Source of the DNA: Nostoc sp. PCC 7120 = FACHB-418
Lineage (GTDB): Bacteria; Cyanobacteriota; Cyanobacteriia; Cyanobacteriales; Nostocaceae
DNA: 32,000 nt
Direction of reading: 5' to 3'
NCBI RefSeq assembly: GCF_000009705.1
Contig: NC_003240.1
Location: 30,001-62,000, forward strand
Shown: positions 16,777-24,993 of the stretch, piece after piece
How positions within the stretch are numbered: position 1 is the stretch's first letter
Layout: each line of letters opens with the position of its first letter
Position numbers and translations under genes: made by a program
The notes under the pieces: model-generated
What the model was told of the DNA's origin: nothing
Databases searched by the model: none
Seen by the model: only the letters and a program-made list of their open reading frames with translations

Positions 16777-17606
16777 AATTATCAATCATCACTGCAACAT
16801 ACAATAGACCTATGCAGCTTGCATCTACTGCACTGCCAAGCATTCAAAGTCAAACTGACCGCGATTTTGAATGGATCGTCATCAATGATGGTGCTAATAC
16901 TGAGACCAGAGATATTATCACCAGCATTAGGGCAAAAGCTGATTTCCCCATCAATTACATTGAAATGGAACACCCTGACCCTTGCAGTGGCTTTGGCTTG
17001 TGCTACGCCCGTAACTTGGGACTAGATGCAGCTGGTGGTGACATTGTTTCATACCTGGACGATGACAACAGTATAGCTCCTGAATTTGTTGCCTCAATGC
17101 GGCAGTACTTTAAACAACATTCCAATATTCGATATAGCATAGCAAGACAGCAGCGCCGCCGCGATGTCATCCGCAATGGTAGTGTTGTTCGCCAAGGAAA
17201 GCCTTTTGTTTCTCCTAGCAATTGCTGCTCGCTACAGCAGCTTCTATGGCAACAAGAGATATTCGACAGCAATGGTTTCGTCCACTACCGGAGCAATGCT
17301 CCTAGATGGCACCCCCAGTTTCAAGTATTCGCAGACTACGAGTATTTGCTGCAATCTGCTTGCATCTGGGGTGAAAGTGGCTTTGGTTTCAATGACAGCA
17401 TTCTTGTTAACTATATCCAGTCGTCTATTGGTATTATTGGTAGTTCTAATTACGAGCAGTGGGCAACTGAGCTATCGCTAATTGTCACTAATCAAGCTAA
17501 CTATTCCATCCTTAAAGGCAGTATTGTTGAACGCTTAGAACAGCTTGTAGATAGTTATAGTACTAAAGCACAAATTTCATCAACGCCAAAAGCATTTGCG
17601 TTCTGA
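16773..17606 (+). CDS. family 2 glycosyltransferase (GT-A fold)
   Basis: N-terminal KLSIITATYNRP, then FEWIVINDGANT and the DxD-type YLDDDN. The TTG start overlaps the upstream stop (CTTTGA). Confidence 0.75.
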   Translation: MKLSIITATYNRPMQLASTALPSIQSQTDRDFEWIVINDGANTETRDIITSIRAKADFPINYIEMEHPDPCSGFGLCYARNLGLDAAGGDIVSYLDDDNSIAPEFVASMRQYFKQHSNIRYSIARQQRRRDVIRNGSVVRQGKPFVSPSNCCSLQQLLWQQEIFDSNGFVHYRSNAPRWHPQFQVFADYEYLLQSACIWGESGFGFNDSILVNYIQSSIGIIGSSNYEQWATELSLIVTNQANYSILKGSIVERLEQLVDSYSTKAQISSTPKAFAF

Positions 17607-17666
17607 CAATATAAAACAGAGCATCAATAGTATAGCAATAACCAAAACCACTACTTTGGACTAACG

Positions 17667-17700
17667 CCTACCTGCTAAAACAGCAAGTAGGTATCTTTTT
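17667..17700 (+). terminator. Rho-independent terminator-like hairpin abutting the helicase start codon
   Basis: CCTACCTGC (17667-17675) pairs with GCAAGTAGG (17683-17691), with one G-U pair. TATCTTTTT follows, ending at 17700, and the ATG is at 17701. Confidence 0.55.
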
Positions 17701-20421
17701 ATGAACCAGCCTGAATGGTTAGAAGCAAACAAGCAGGTTTATTCCAAAGAACATGGTGTTATACATATCGCCGCCATCATTGAGAAAAACCTTTACTTTA
17801 AAAAAGGCAGTTTAAATCAAATTATTTTCGACTGGGAGCATGAGGTAAATAGTGGTAATTTATTACCTCTAAACCAAGCACCAACAGGTAAAAGCATTCT
17901 CTACCAAGAGATAGCTGCTATACTTGATGGATCGGGAAAATTACAAAGCTGCGAAGTAATTCCTGCTCAAGAAGCTAAACTTTATCCCATCCCAGATGAT
18001 ATTCACCCTCTAGTTAAACTGGCTTTAAGTAAGTCAGGAATCACCCAACTATACTCTCATCAAGTGGAGGCATGGCAAGCTTACAAAAAAGGAAAAGATA
18101 TAATTCTCCAAACTCCTACTAGCAGTGGTAAAAGTATCTCTTTTCTCATTCCAATCATTCACGAGTGTCTAAAGGGTAAATCAGCTTTAGTATTCTTTAA
18201 CTTGAAAGCACTTGCATTTGACCAGGTAGAGAAAATACGTTCCTTTGTTAGCCACTTAGATGAAAATATTCGCCCCCAAATTCTCAATATTAATGGAGAT
18301 ATTCCTCCACAAGAGCGCAAACTACTTTACAGCAATCAACCCTCAATTTTATGCGTGACTCCTGATGTATGGAACCACGAGCTAAACAACTACCAATTCG
18401 ATTCAAATTGGGGATTTAGAGAAACAATCAGAAAACTTTCAATCATTGTCTGTGACGAAATGCACTTTTATCAAGGCATATTTGGTTCGCATTTTGCACT
18501 ACTTAATCGGCGAACTCAACTTATGATAGAATCTGTCGGCAATGATATTTCCAAATTACAGTACATCTTCGCTTCTGCAACAATTAGTAACAGCAGTGAA
18601 ATTGCCCAGAAGATATCTAATCGAGAAGAACAAAGTAATCTTGCTATTATTGACCAAAGTGGGGCAAAACGCTCGGAGATTACTTTTATTAGCCTCAAAC
18701 CACGGAACAATACATTTTACCAAACTGCCCAATTCGCAGCTATGCTCGTAAGTAAAGGCATCGTCGGGATTTGTTTCTGCGATAGTAGAGAACTAGTTAA
18801 GGTTTTAACTAATGCCATCCGTAAAGCTTTAATCGAGATGCAACTGCCCCATCTGGGAGAAAGCATCTCAGCATTTTATGGGAGCATGAAGGCAAATCAG
18901 CGTAACAAAATTATTGCAGATATACAAAGCGGGAAGGTCAAGTTCATTATATCTACAAGTGCTTTGGAAGCGGGTCTAGATATTGGGTGTATTGATGCAA
19001 CTATCGTACATAGTTACCCCGGCTCAATTCTTGCCTTTCGCCAGAGGGCAGGACGTGCGGGGAGGCAGGAAGCAGGACTATTGGTGTTTATTCCGTCGAA
19101 AAGGTCGATTATGGATTCTTACTACGCCAATTACCCAGAACGCCTTTTATCTGATCCTCCAGAAATTATCAACTTTAACCACAATTATGAAACAACTTTA
19201 GAGCAGCATATTCTCGCTTGTTGCAAGGAAAGTAAACCGACACAGGCTCAAATTGCCCGACATTTTGGTAGTTCTGGTAATGCGATCGCCCGACAGTTAA
19301 TCGGTAATAATCAACTGATCTTCAGCTACAATCAAAGACTGACAACTAATCGAAATCTCGGTTATGTCCATTCAAAAATTAAAGTTAGAGGCAACACCAA
19401 TCAAAACATCAGTTATATTAATCAAGATAGCGCAGAAGAGTTTGAGGAAAGTTCGGCATCTTCTGCACTAAGAGAAGTTTACCCTGGTGCCATATATCTT
19501 GCTCAAGATTTTGATGGCAATCCCGTACAGTATAAATCACAAGAGCTAAATTTAACCGAAGGGAAAGCAATTCTCAAGCCAATAGAGGCAACCAATTTAT
19601 TTAGTCGTCCTGAAGGAAGTCTAAATTTCGAGGAAATTAAAATTGTTGGGGAAGCCAAAATTATCAATCTTCCCCAAGGGGCTGCTAGATTTACACCTGT
19701 TTCAGCCAAAATCAAAGAAGAAATTTATGGCTACAACTTGTACAGGCTGGAACAAAAATGGACTTGCACTAATAACAGATGTCGCAACTTCAATTTAAAT
19801 TTAACTGGGCATTTACAAACTTGCCCTGCTTGTAAAATCCAACTGATTGAACGAGAATTTGTCGAACTATTGGAGGAAAATAAATACGAAGAATCACTTG
19901 CTCTTAACTACAATACATTCTGCGTCAGGGTTGAAATTAACGCTGATGCACGAAAATATTTTTCAGTTTTGGTCAAAAATCACAGAAAAGAAATACTTAA
20001 TAAACAGAAATATATTACCAATGAGGAGAAACAACTATTTGAAAGCAATGAAACCCAAATTTGCGTTCATACTCTCGCTCATCACCTTATACTCAGTTTA
20101 CCACTTGTCGAACATGGAGCAAACAGTCGAGATATAGATTTCATGTTAGTAGAAGTGCCGTCTAATACTAAGATAGTTGGCTATTTCTTTGATACTTGTG
20201 AACATGGTACAGGTATGTGTGATACCCTCATCAAGTATTTAGAGACTGCCTTTATTAAGGCAAAGTTCCTAGTCGATAATTGTCCTTGTAAATACGGCTG
20301 CTCTTCTTGTACAACAATTCAACGCTGTCCTGATGATAACGAAGCACTGTTTAAATCAGTTGGGTTATCTCTACTAAAGGAAATAATCAATCCAATAGAG
20401 ACAAGAACTATTAATCAATAG
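17701..20421 (+). CDS. DEAD/DEAH-box (SF2) helicase with internal Zn-ribbon and C-terminal DUF1998/MZB domain (MrfA/YprA/DrmB-like architecture)
   Basis: Motif I QTPTSSGKS, motif II CDEMH, motif III SATISN, motif V STSALEAGLDIG and motif VI FRQRAGRAGR are all present. There is a Zn-ribbon CTNNRC...CPAC. The C-terminal HTLAHHL...YFFDTCEHGTGMC...CPCKYGCSSCTTIQRCPDDNEAL is typical of DUF1998. Confidence 0.85.
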   Translation: MNQPEWLEANKQVYSKEHGVIHIAAIIEKNLYFKKGSLNQIIFDWEHEVNSGNLLPLNQAPTGKSILYQEIAAILDGSGKLQSCEVIPAQEAKLYPIPDDIHPLVKLALSKSGITQLYSHQVEAWQAYKKGKDIILQTPTSSGKSISFLIPIIHECLKGKSALVFFNLKALAFDQVEKIRSFVSHLDENIRPQILNINGDIPPQERKLLYSNQPSILCVTPDVWNHELNNYQFDSNWGFRETIRKLSIIVCDEMHFYQGIFGSHFALLNRRTQLMIESVGNDISKLQYIFASATISNSSEIAQKISNREEQSNLAIIDQSGAKRSEITFISLKPRNNTFYQTAQFAAMLVSKGIVGICFCDSRELVKVLTNAIRKALIEMQLPHLGESISAFYGSMKANQRNKIIADIQSGKVKFIISTSALEAGLDIGCIDATIVHSYPGSILAFRQRAGRAGRQEAGLLVFIPSKRSIMDSYYANYPERLLSDPPEIINFNHNYETTLEQHILACCKESKPTQAQIARHFGSSGNAIARQLIGNNQLIFSYNQRLTTNRNLGYVHSKIKVRGNTNQNISYINQDSAEEFEESSASSALREVYPGAIYLAQDFDGNPVQYKSQELNLTEGKAILKPIEATNLFSRPEGSLNFEEIKIVGEAKIINLPQGAARFTPVSAKIKEEIYGYNLYRLEQKWTCTNNRCRNFNLNLTGHLQTCPACKIQLIEREFVELLEENKYEESLALNYNTFCVRVEINADARKYFSVLVKNHRKEILNKQKYITNEEKQLFESNETQICVHTLAHHLILSLPLVEHGANSRDIDFMLVEVPSNTKIVGYFFDTCEHGTGMCDTLIKYLETAFIKAKFLVDNCPCKYGCSSCTTIQRCPDDNEALFKSVGLSLLKEIINPIETRTINQ

Positions 20422-20426
20422 TTAAG

Positions 20427-20461
20427 ATAATCCTATCCAGCTTGGGTAGGATTATTTTTTT
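20427..20461 (+). terminator. Rho-independent terminator
   Basis: 13-bp stem ATAATCCTATCCA / TGGGTAGGATTAT (one G-U pair) with a short loop. A T7 run follows, 6 nt after the helicase stop. Confidence 0.75.
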
Positions 20462-20476
20462 AGCAATTCAACCACA

Positions 20477-20526
20477 TACATCGCTTACGCACAAGATTGA
20501 TGAAAGTTTTGAGAATAAGCGATGTA
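20477..20526 (+). promoter_or_regulatory. 11-bp perfect inverted repeat whose right arm contains the ATG of the 20522 gene
   Basis: TACATCGCTTA (20477-20487) pairs with TAAGCGATGTA (20516-20526), separated by a 28-nt spacer. Confidence 0.4.
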
Positions 20527-21268
20527 CGTCGAACTATTAGCTGATTCACATCCAAACCCTAAAAAATTTCAAATTATTCACGCACCATCATTTTTACTTA
20601 CAGAAACAAATTTTCAAATAGGAGATTTTGTCGAGTCGAACAATATTGATTTTATTATCAATCATGCTGTAAATCTAGGGTATCAGGTGAAAATATCTCA
20701 TCCTGAAACTCAACAATATAATAAATATCCTCTTCCCAAAATCAGTGATGAACTAGCCGATTTGATAATTAATTATCCATCAGACTTAACACTGCGAACT
20801 AATGGGATGGTTTTTGAACAAAGGGCATATTTAATGTCTAAAGTTTACGATGAAGTGTGCCAAAACCTTGAATCAAAAGCTCTTTTAAGAGAAGCTGAGT
20901 ATTGGCTGATAAATTACGCACGAGAAGTAATTGCCAAACAATGTCATTACTTACCAGATATCCTAATAAAATTAGATAACCCAACTGTGAGAGCAATGGC
21001 AATAGATACACTCATGCTCTGGCAACCAGATTGGAACAAGGCTATCTCTCAATATAGAGGAAGTAGATTTGAGGCTGGCAATAATGAGTTTGAGGTTATC
21101 AGCTACTATCACAATCAAAAAAAGAAGGGGAGGGAGGGAATAATGGTACTGTGCAAGGTAACAAAAACCATGAATAACTATCTTGAATTTCCTACCTTTC
21201 CTTGCAATGCAAACTGTACTCTTGGGACTTATCAAGTCGAAAATGCACTTAACCAAAGGTTGGCTTAA
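20522..21268 (+). CDS. hypothetical protein (248 aa)
   Basis: Clean ORF between the helicase terminator and the next gene. No family recognised. Confidence 0.55.
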   Translation: MYVELLADSHPNPKKFQIIHAPSFLLTETNFQIGDFVESNNIDFIINHAVNLGYQVKISHPETQQYNKYPLPKISDELADLIINYPSDLTLRTNGMVFEQRAYLMSKVYDEVCQNLESKALLREAEYWLINYAREVIAKQCHYLPDILIKLDNPTVRAMAIDTLMLWQPDWNKAISQYRGSRFEAGNNEFEVISYYHNQKKKGREGIMVLCKVTKTMNNYLEFPTFPCNANCTLGTYQVENALNQRLA

Positions 21269-21296
21269 AACATAATCACCATCTGAAATATTAATT

Positions 21297-21521
21297 ATGG
21301 ACGAGCAACAAATCAACTATTTCATAACAGGTATTTGTACATTTCACTGGAATGCTGATTTTTATAAATTCTGTCAAGTCTGCAACTTTGACCCTAACCA
21401 CACCTATTCAAAAGAGAAATGGCAGCAGTGGCAACAATTTGTATCCGGTATTAAAGCGTTTGACCACAATACACTTGTTAAGCTACTTGAAGCTGGCCAT
21501 CAATTAGCACGACAGTCATAA
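21297..21521 (+). CDS. small hypothetical protein (74 aa), Cys/His/Trp-rich
   Basis: ORF with an ATG start in an otherwise non-coding gap. No family recognised. Confidence 0.4.
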   Translation: MDEQQINYFITGICTFHWNADFYKFCQVCNFDPNHTYSKEKWQQWQQFVSGIKAFDHNTLVKLLEAGHQLARQS

Positions 21522-21550
21522 TCTCAAACCACTACGGTTACTAACGCACT

Positions 21551-21595
21551 CGTGCATGAATTATCGAAGTAATTAGCCACATGAATTCATGCACG
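21551..21595 (+). promoter_or_regulatory. 12-bp perfect inverted repeat whose right arm contains the Prim-Pol start codon
   Basis: CGTGCATGAATT (21551-21562) pairs with AATTCATGCACG (21584-21595). The right arm is also part of the local palindrome CATGAATTCATG. The ATG is at 21589. Confidence 0.45.
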
Positions 21596-22587
21596 CCCAA
21601 ATCCGTCATTTGGTATCTTCGCTTGACAACCTACCCGAAGAATGGCGAATCGTCCCTACCTTTGGTAAACGTCCTTTAGGAAAAGAATGGGAAAAAAATA
21701 CTTACTCTCCCAAAGAACTACAAACTGAACTTGTCCGCCGCCGATTAAAATTTTGGACAAATAACAGACTTATCACACCCACTGGTGTAGCCTTGGTTTG
21801 CGGTTTCAATCATCCTCAAGGGTACTTAGTAGCTATTGACTGCGATGGGGAAACATCCTGGCGACACATCATCCAAATTAACGAACACCTAGAACCAAAA
21901 GAACTTAACCAGCTAACACCCGCCGAAACACGCGATACTCCTATGGAGTCGTTACACGATCGCGCTCAAAAATACCTTCCTCCCACAATTGCATTTACCT
22001 CTGGGAGGAAATATCGCAGCCAACGCTTATACCTCATTCCCAAATCAAAAGCTTGGGAAGTAAAATCTCGCAAAATCAAAACTGGAAAGGACGAACACCT
22101 GGAATTTCGAGGCAAAAACCTAGCTTCAATCCTTCCCCCGTCCTTTCATCCAGAAGGTAGAAATTACAGATGGCTTCCCGGCTGTAGTCCATCTGAACGC
22201 CAAATAGAAATAGCTCCCGATTGGGTAATTGCCCAAATGCTTGCCAAACAGGAGAAAACAAGAAAGTTTAACCTACTCAAAGAAAAATATAACCGCAGAT
22301 ATGGGGTAGACAGGTACGCTCATTTAATTCCCTCAATAGAATCCAATATTCAAACCGCACTTGTGCTACTCGAAGTTATCCACCCTCGGTTTGCAGATGA
22401 TTACCATTCGTGGATTCAAGTCGGGATGGCACTCAAGAGTGTTAGTCCCATTTTATTTAAAGCATGGGACACCTGGAGCCAACTTTCTCCTAAGTACAAA
22501 CCAGGCGAATGCGCCTACAAATGGCAGTCTTTCAAAAAGACAGGTATTACTATCCGCACCTTATTTAGATTAGCCAATCTCTCTTAA
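21589..22587 (+). CDS. bifunctional DNA primase/polymerase (Prim-Pol, AEP family) with PriCT-2 C-terminal domain; likely plasmid replication initiator/primase
   Basis: Catalytic VAIDCDGE (DxD) and LPPSFHPEGRNYRW (the conserved sxH..G..Y.W block). The C-terminal YHSWIQVGMALKS...WDTWSQ...YKPGECAYKWQSF fits PriCT-2. Confidence 0.8.
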   Translation: MHAQIRHLVSSLDNLPEEWRIVPTFGKRPLGKEWEKNTYSPKELQTELVRRRLKFWTNNRLITPTGVALVCGFNHPQGYLVAIDCDGETSWRHIIQINEHLEPKELNQLTPAETRDTPMESLHDRAQKYLPPTIAFTSGRKYRSQRLYLIPKSKAWEVKSRKIKTGKDEHLEFRGKNLASILPPSFHPEGRNYRWLPGCSPSERQIEIAPDWVIAQMLAKQEKTRKFNLLKEKYNRRYGVDRYAHLIPSIESNIQTALVLLEVIHPRFADDYHSWIQVGMALKSVSPILFKAWDTWSQLSPKYKPGECAYKWQSFKKTGITIRTLFRLANLS

Positions 22588-22589
22588 TC

Positions 22590-23072
22590 ATGAGTAATAA
22601 AACATCACCTGACAAGAATGTAACTGGCTTTGAAGATAACTATAGCAGTAAACATCTTAATCCTGATATTCAGGACTATTTAAATTTAGAAGAAACATTA
22701 GATGAATCAGTAAATACTGAAGTTACAAGTCAAGATTCATCTAGCGGGATAACTTTAACCAAAACCGCCATAATAACAATTCAGTTAACACCAAATTCTG
22801 AAAAAGCAATTATCTCAATTGGAATTCAAGATGCACCTCCGATTATTAAGATAATTCCTCTAGCTGAGATTAAATCTCAGCCTATTATAAATAACTGGCT
22901 AAATGATTTAGAAAAATCTCTTCCACAAATGTTAAATATCTGCAAACAAAGGATGGTAAAGCAGGCTACAGAGCAGAATCAACAAGAACAATCCAGACAA
23001 GTACAAAAGCGTAACCTACCTGAAGATAAAGATAAAAAACCTGCGCCTAACAACCAACTGTCACTATTTTAA
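22590..23072 (+). CDS. PRTRC protein E-like hypothetical protein ending in beta-clamp-binding consensus QLSLF
   Basis: Starts 2 nt after the primase stop. Central block AIITIQLTPNSEKAIISIGIQDAPPIIKIIPL, a basic/Gln-rich tail, and the C-terminus NNQLSLF* (nt 23055-23072). Confidence 0.55.
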   Translation: MSNKTSPDKNVTGFEDNYSSKHLNPDIQDYLNLEETLDESVNTEVTSQDSSSGITLTKTAIITIQLTPNSEKAIISIGIQDAPPIIKIIPLAEIKSQPIINNWLNDLEKSLPQMLNICKQRMVKQATEQNQQEQSRQVQKRNLPEDKDKKPAPNNQLSLF

Positions 23073-23077
23073 TTACC

Positions 23078-23500
23078 ATGAAGTACATTGCTATTATCGA
23101 AGGGCAAGAAATTCCTCTTGATGAGGCGATCGCCCAGGATGACAATACACTCAAAACAGCGATTAGCGTCTACTTTCCAGAGTATGCTAATGCCGAAATT
23201 GAACGACAAACAACTGATGATACAGTTTCAATTCGTTTGGTAAAAAAGGCAGGTACTAAGGGAAATAAATTTAGAGAATTGAAAAACTGTTTTGAAGAAA
23301 TAAATCCTGCACTAAAGTTAGGATGGCAGATAAAGCTTTTAGAGATAAACAGTCAAATTAGTCTCGAAAGTTTAATTACTTTACAACCTGAGATAGATAA
23401 AGCTATCAAGCTCGGTCAATCTTGGGAAACCTATAGCGAAAAAGTTGCTCAAAGCCTTAAACAGCAACCTGCTATTACGAGTAAATATCCTGTAGTTTAA
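23078..23500 (+). CDS. prokaryotic ubiquitin-like (Prok_Ub / PRTRC protein C-like) beta-grasp domain with ~78-aa C-terminal extension
   Basis: The first 62 aa are MKYIAIIEGQEIPLDEAIAQDDNTLKTAISVYFPEYANAEIERQTTDDTVSIRLVKKAGTKG. These match the remembered PRTRC_C pattern (..YPE...A.I......v.Y.F....GTKG). The ORF then continues for another 78 aa. Confidence 0.6.
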   Translation: MKYIAIIEGQEIPLDEAIAQDDNTLKTAISVYFPEYANAEIERQTTDDTVSIRLVKKAGTKGNKFRELKNCFEEINPALKLGWQIKLLEINSQISLESLITLQPEIDKAIKLGQSWETYSEKVAQSLKQQPAITSKYPVV

Positions 23501-23543
23501 TCACAAATTTATGGCCGCTATAATTCGTAGCGGCTGATTAATT

Positions 23544-24272
23544 ATGCTTGGCAACATCCACTCATTCAAAATACCCATTACTTGTATAACAGCAATTAAT
23601 TATCTAGAAAATCTTTCCGAACAAGTAAATATTTTAAGCCTGTATCAAAAATTATTTCCAGAAAAATGGTTAGAATCAACTATTCCTATTAATAAACAAT
23701 CACATCCATCAAGTGCTTACCTAGATAGAGAAATTGAATTTATTAACCTAGTGAATGAAAATCTATTCCCAGTAGAATATATCGATGAAATCGAGTTTAA
23801 TTCTGAACGTGATAGTATTCTAGTTTCGCCACAAAGACTTGAGTGGTGGAATGAAGATTTTGAAGAACTGGTATACTCGGAGAAGTTCCTACTGTCATTG
23901 ATGGGGCAAGGGTACAATATCAGCCAATGGAAACTAAATTTTGGTTTTACTCCTGATTACATTGCTCCAGCAGAAGAAATTTACTTCGAGAAATTCGTAA
24001 AGCTGTGTCGTCGTTACAAAAATCCCCTGCAATATTTAGATATAGCCATACAAATTATAGATTACTCAACTGAAAATATTTGGCTAGATATTACGTGTGA
24101 AACAAGCGATTGGCTGGACTGGACTTATGAGAATATCGTATTTCTCGCTCAAAAGTGGCAAGAAGCCGTCTCGATGATGGAGAAATCAAATGAGGTTAGC
24201 CATTTGTTAGAAACATCTCTTTCTGCTCGAAAAGCAGCAGTAAAAATTTGGAACCAAGCATCAAAAGCATGA
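23544..24272 (+). CDS. hypothetical protein in the position of PRTRC protein F
   Basis: 242-aa acidic ORF. Its stop overlaps the start of the E2-like gene (ATGA at 24269-24272). A hairpin GCCGCTA-N7-TAGCGGC lies just upstream at 23514-23534. No motif recognised. Confidence 0.5.
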   Translation: MLGNIHSFKIPITCITAINYLENLSEQVNILSLYQKLFPEKWLESTIPINKQSHPSSAYLDREIEFINLVNENLFPVEYIDEIEFNSERDSILVSPQRLEWWNEDFEELVYSEKFLLSLMGQGYNISQWKLNFGFTPDYIAPAEEIYFEKFVKLCRRYKNPLQYLDIAIQIIDYSTENIWLDITCETSDWLDWTYENIVFLAQKWQEAVSMMEKSNEVSHLLETSLSARKAAVKIWNQASKA

Positions 24273-24991
24273 ATGTAGATACAAATATATTACCAATAAT
24301 TAACTTAGAAAATATCTCCCAAATTCTGCTAGCCAATATTCCCCAAGATGATTTACTAGGGCAGTTAATTATCCTCAAAGGACAGTTTATTTTAGTCGAA
24401 CGCGAAGGCAAAGAGTCTAAATACAAATTCTTGTCTCCTGAAGCAGTAGAGAAAGCCTTCACAAGTAAAACTGCCGCATCTGGATGGCTTTCTAGCAACA
24501 CAATTTGGTGGGGTAAAAATCCAGAGGGAGAGGCCATTATTCAGTTTTACTCTCCCCAAAAATATCAAATTCAAATTATGGGACAGGAAACTGAAGTAAT
24601 TACTGTCCCTATGCCTGCATTCCTATTTGCTGGATGCGGTAGTAGATATTACCTGTGGGCAGTTAAAGGGAGGGTATTTAAACCAGACGCACAACTGTAC
24701 AAGCCCCCTCTACCTAACGTTTGGGAAGATTCTAGCATTTGCTTTGGGGGAAATTCTCTCAGTATGTGCAGTGCTGCAACCATAAGCCAAGTTTGGGATC
24801 TGTTCTGGAAATCACCTTTTAACAAGGACTTATCTCAAGGCAAGTCAAAAACTCATCCTGATAATATCTGCAATCAACTAATCAAATTACACGAATCTAA
24901 AGCTAAATCCTACCCTTCAAGTGACCTTGTTCCCGTTCATAGCTGGAAAGTCACAACCCCAGAAGACATTATCAATCATTTGTTCAGTTAA
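24269..24991 (+). CDS. E2/UBC-like protein (PRTRC protein B-like), candidate catalytic Cys in PPLPNVWEDSSICFGGN
   Basis: ATG at 24269 overlaps the upstream TGA (the ORF track gives TTG at 24248). Motif LPNV-x6-IC resembles the E2 HPN...C active-site spacing. The Cys codon is at 24740-24742. Confidence 0.5.
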   Translation: MNVDTNILPIINLENISQILLANIPQDDLLGQLIILKGQFILVEREGKESKYKFLSPEAVEKAFTSKTAASGWLSSNTIWWGKNPEGEAIIQFYSPQKYQIQIMGQETEVITVPMPAFLFAGCGSRYYLWAVKGRVFKPDAQLYKPPLPNVWEDSSICFGGNSLSMCSAATISQVWDLFWKSPFNKDLSQGKSKTHPDNICNQLIKLHESKAKSYPSSDLVPVHSWKVTTPEDIINHLFS

Positions 24992-24993
24992 CA

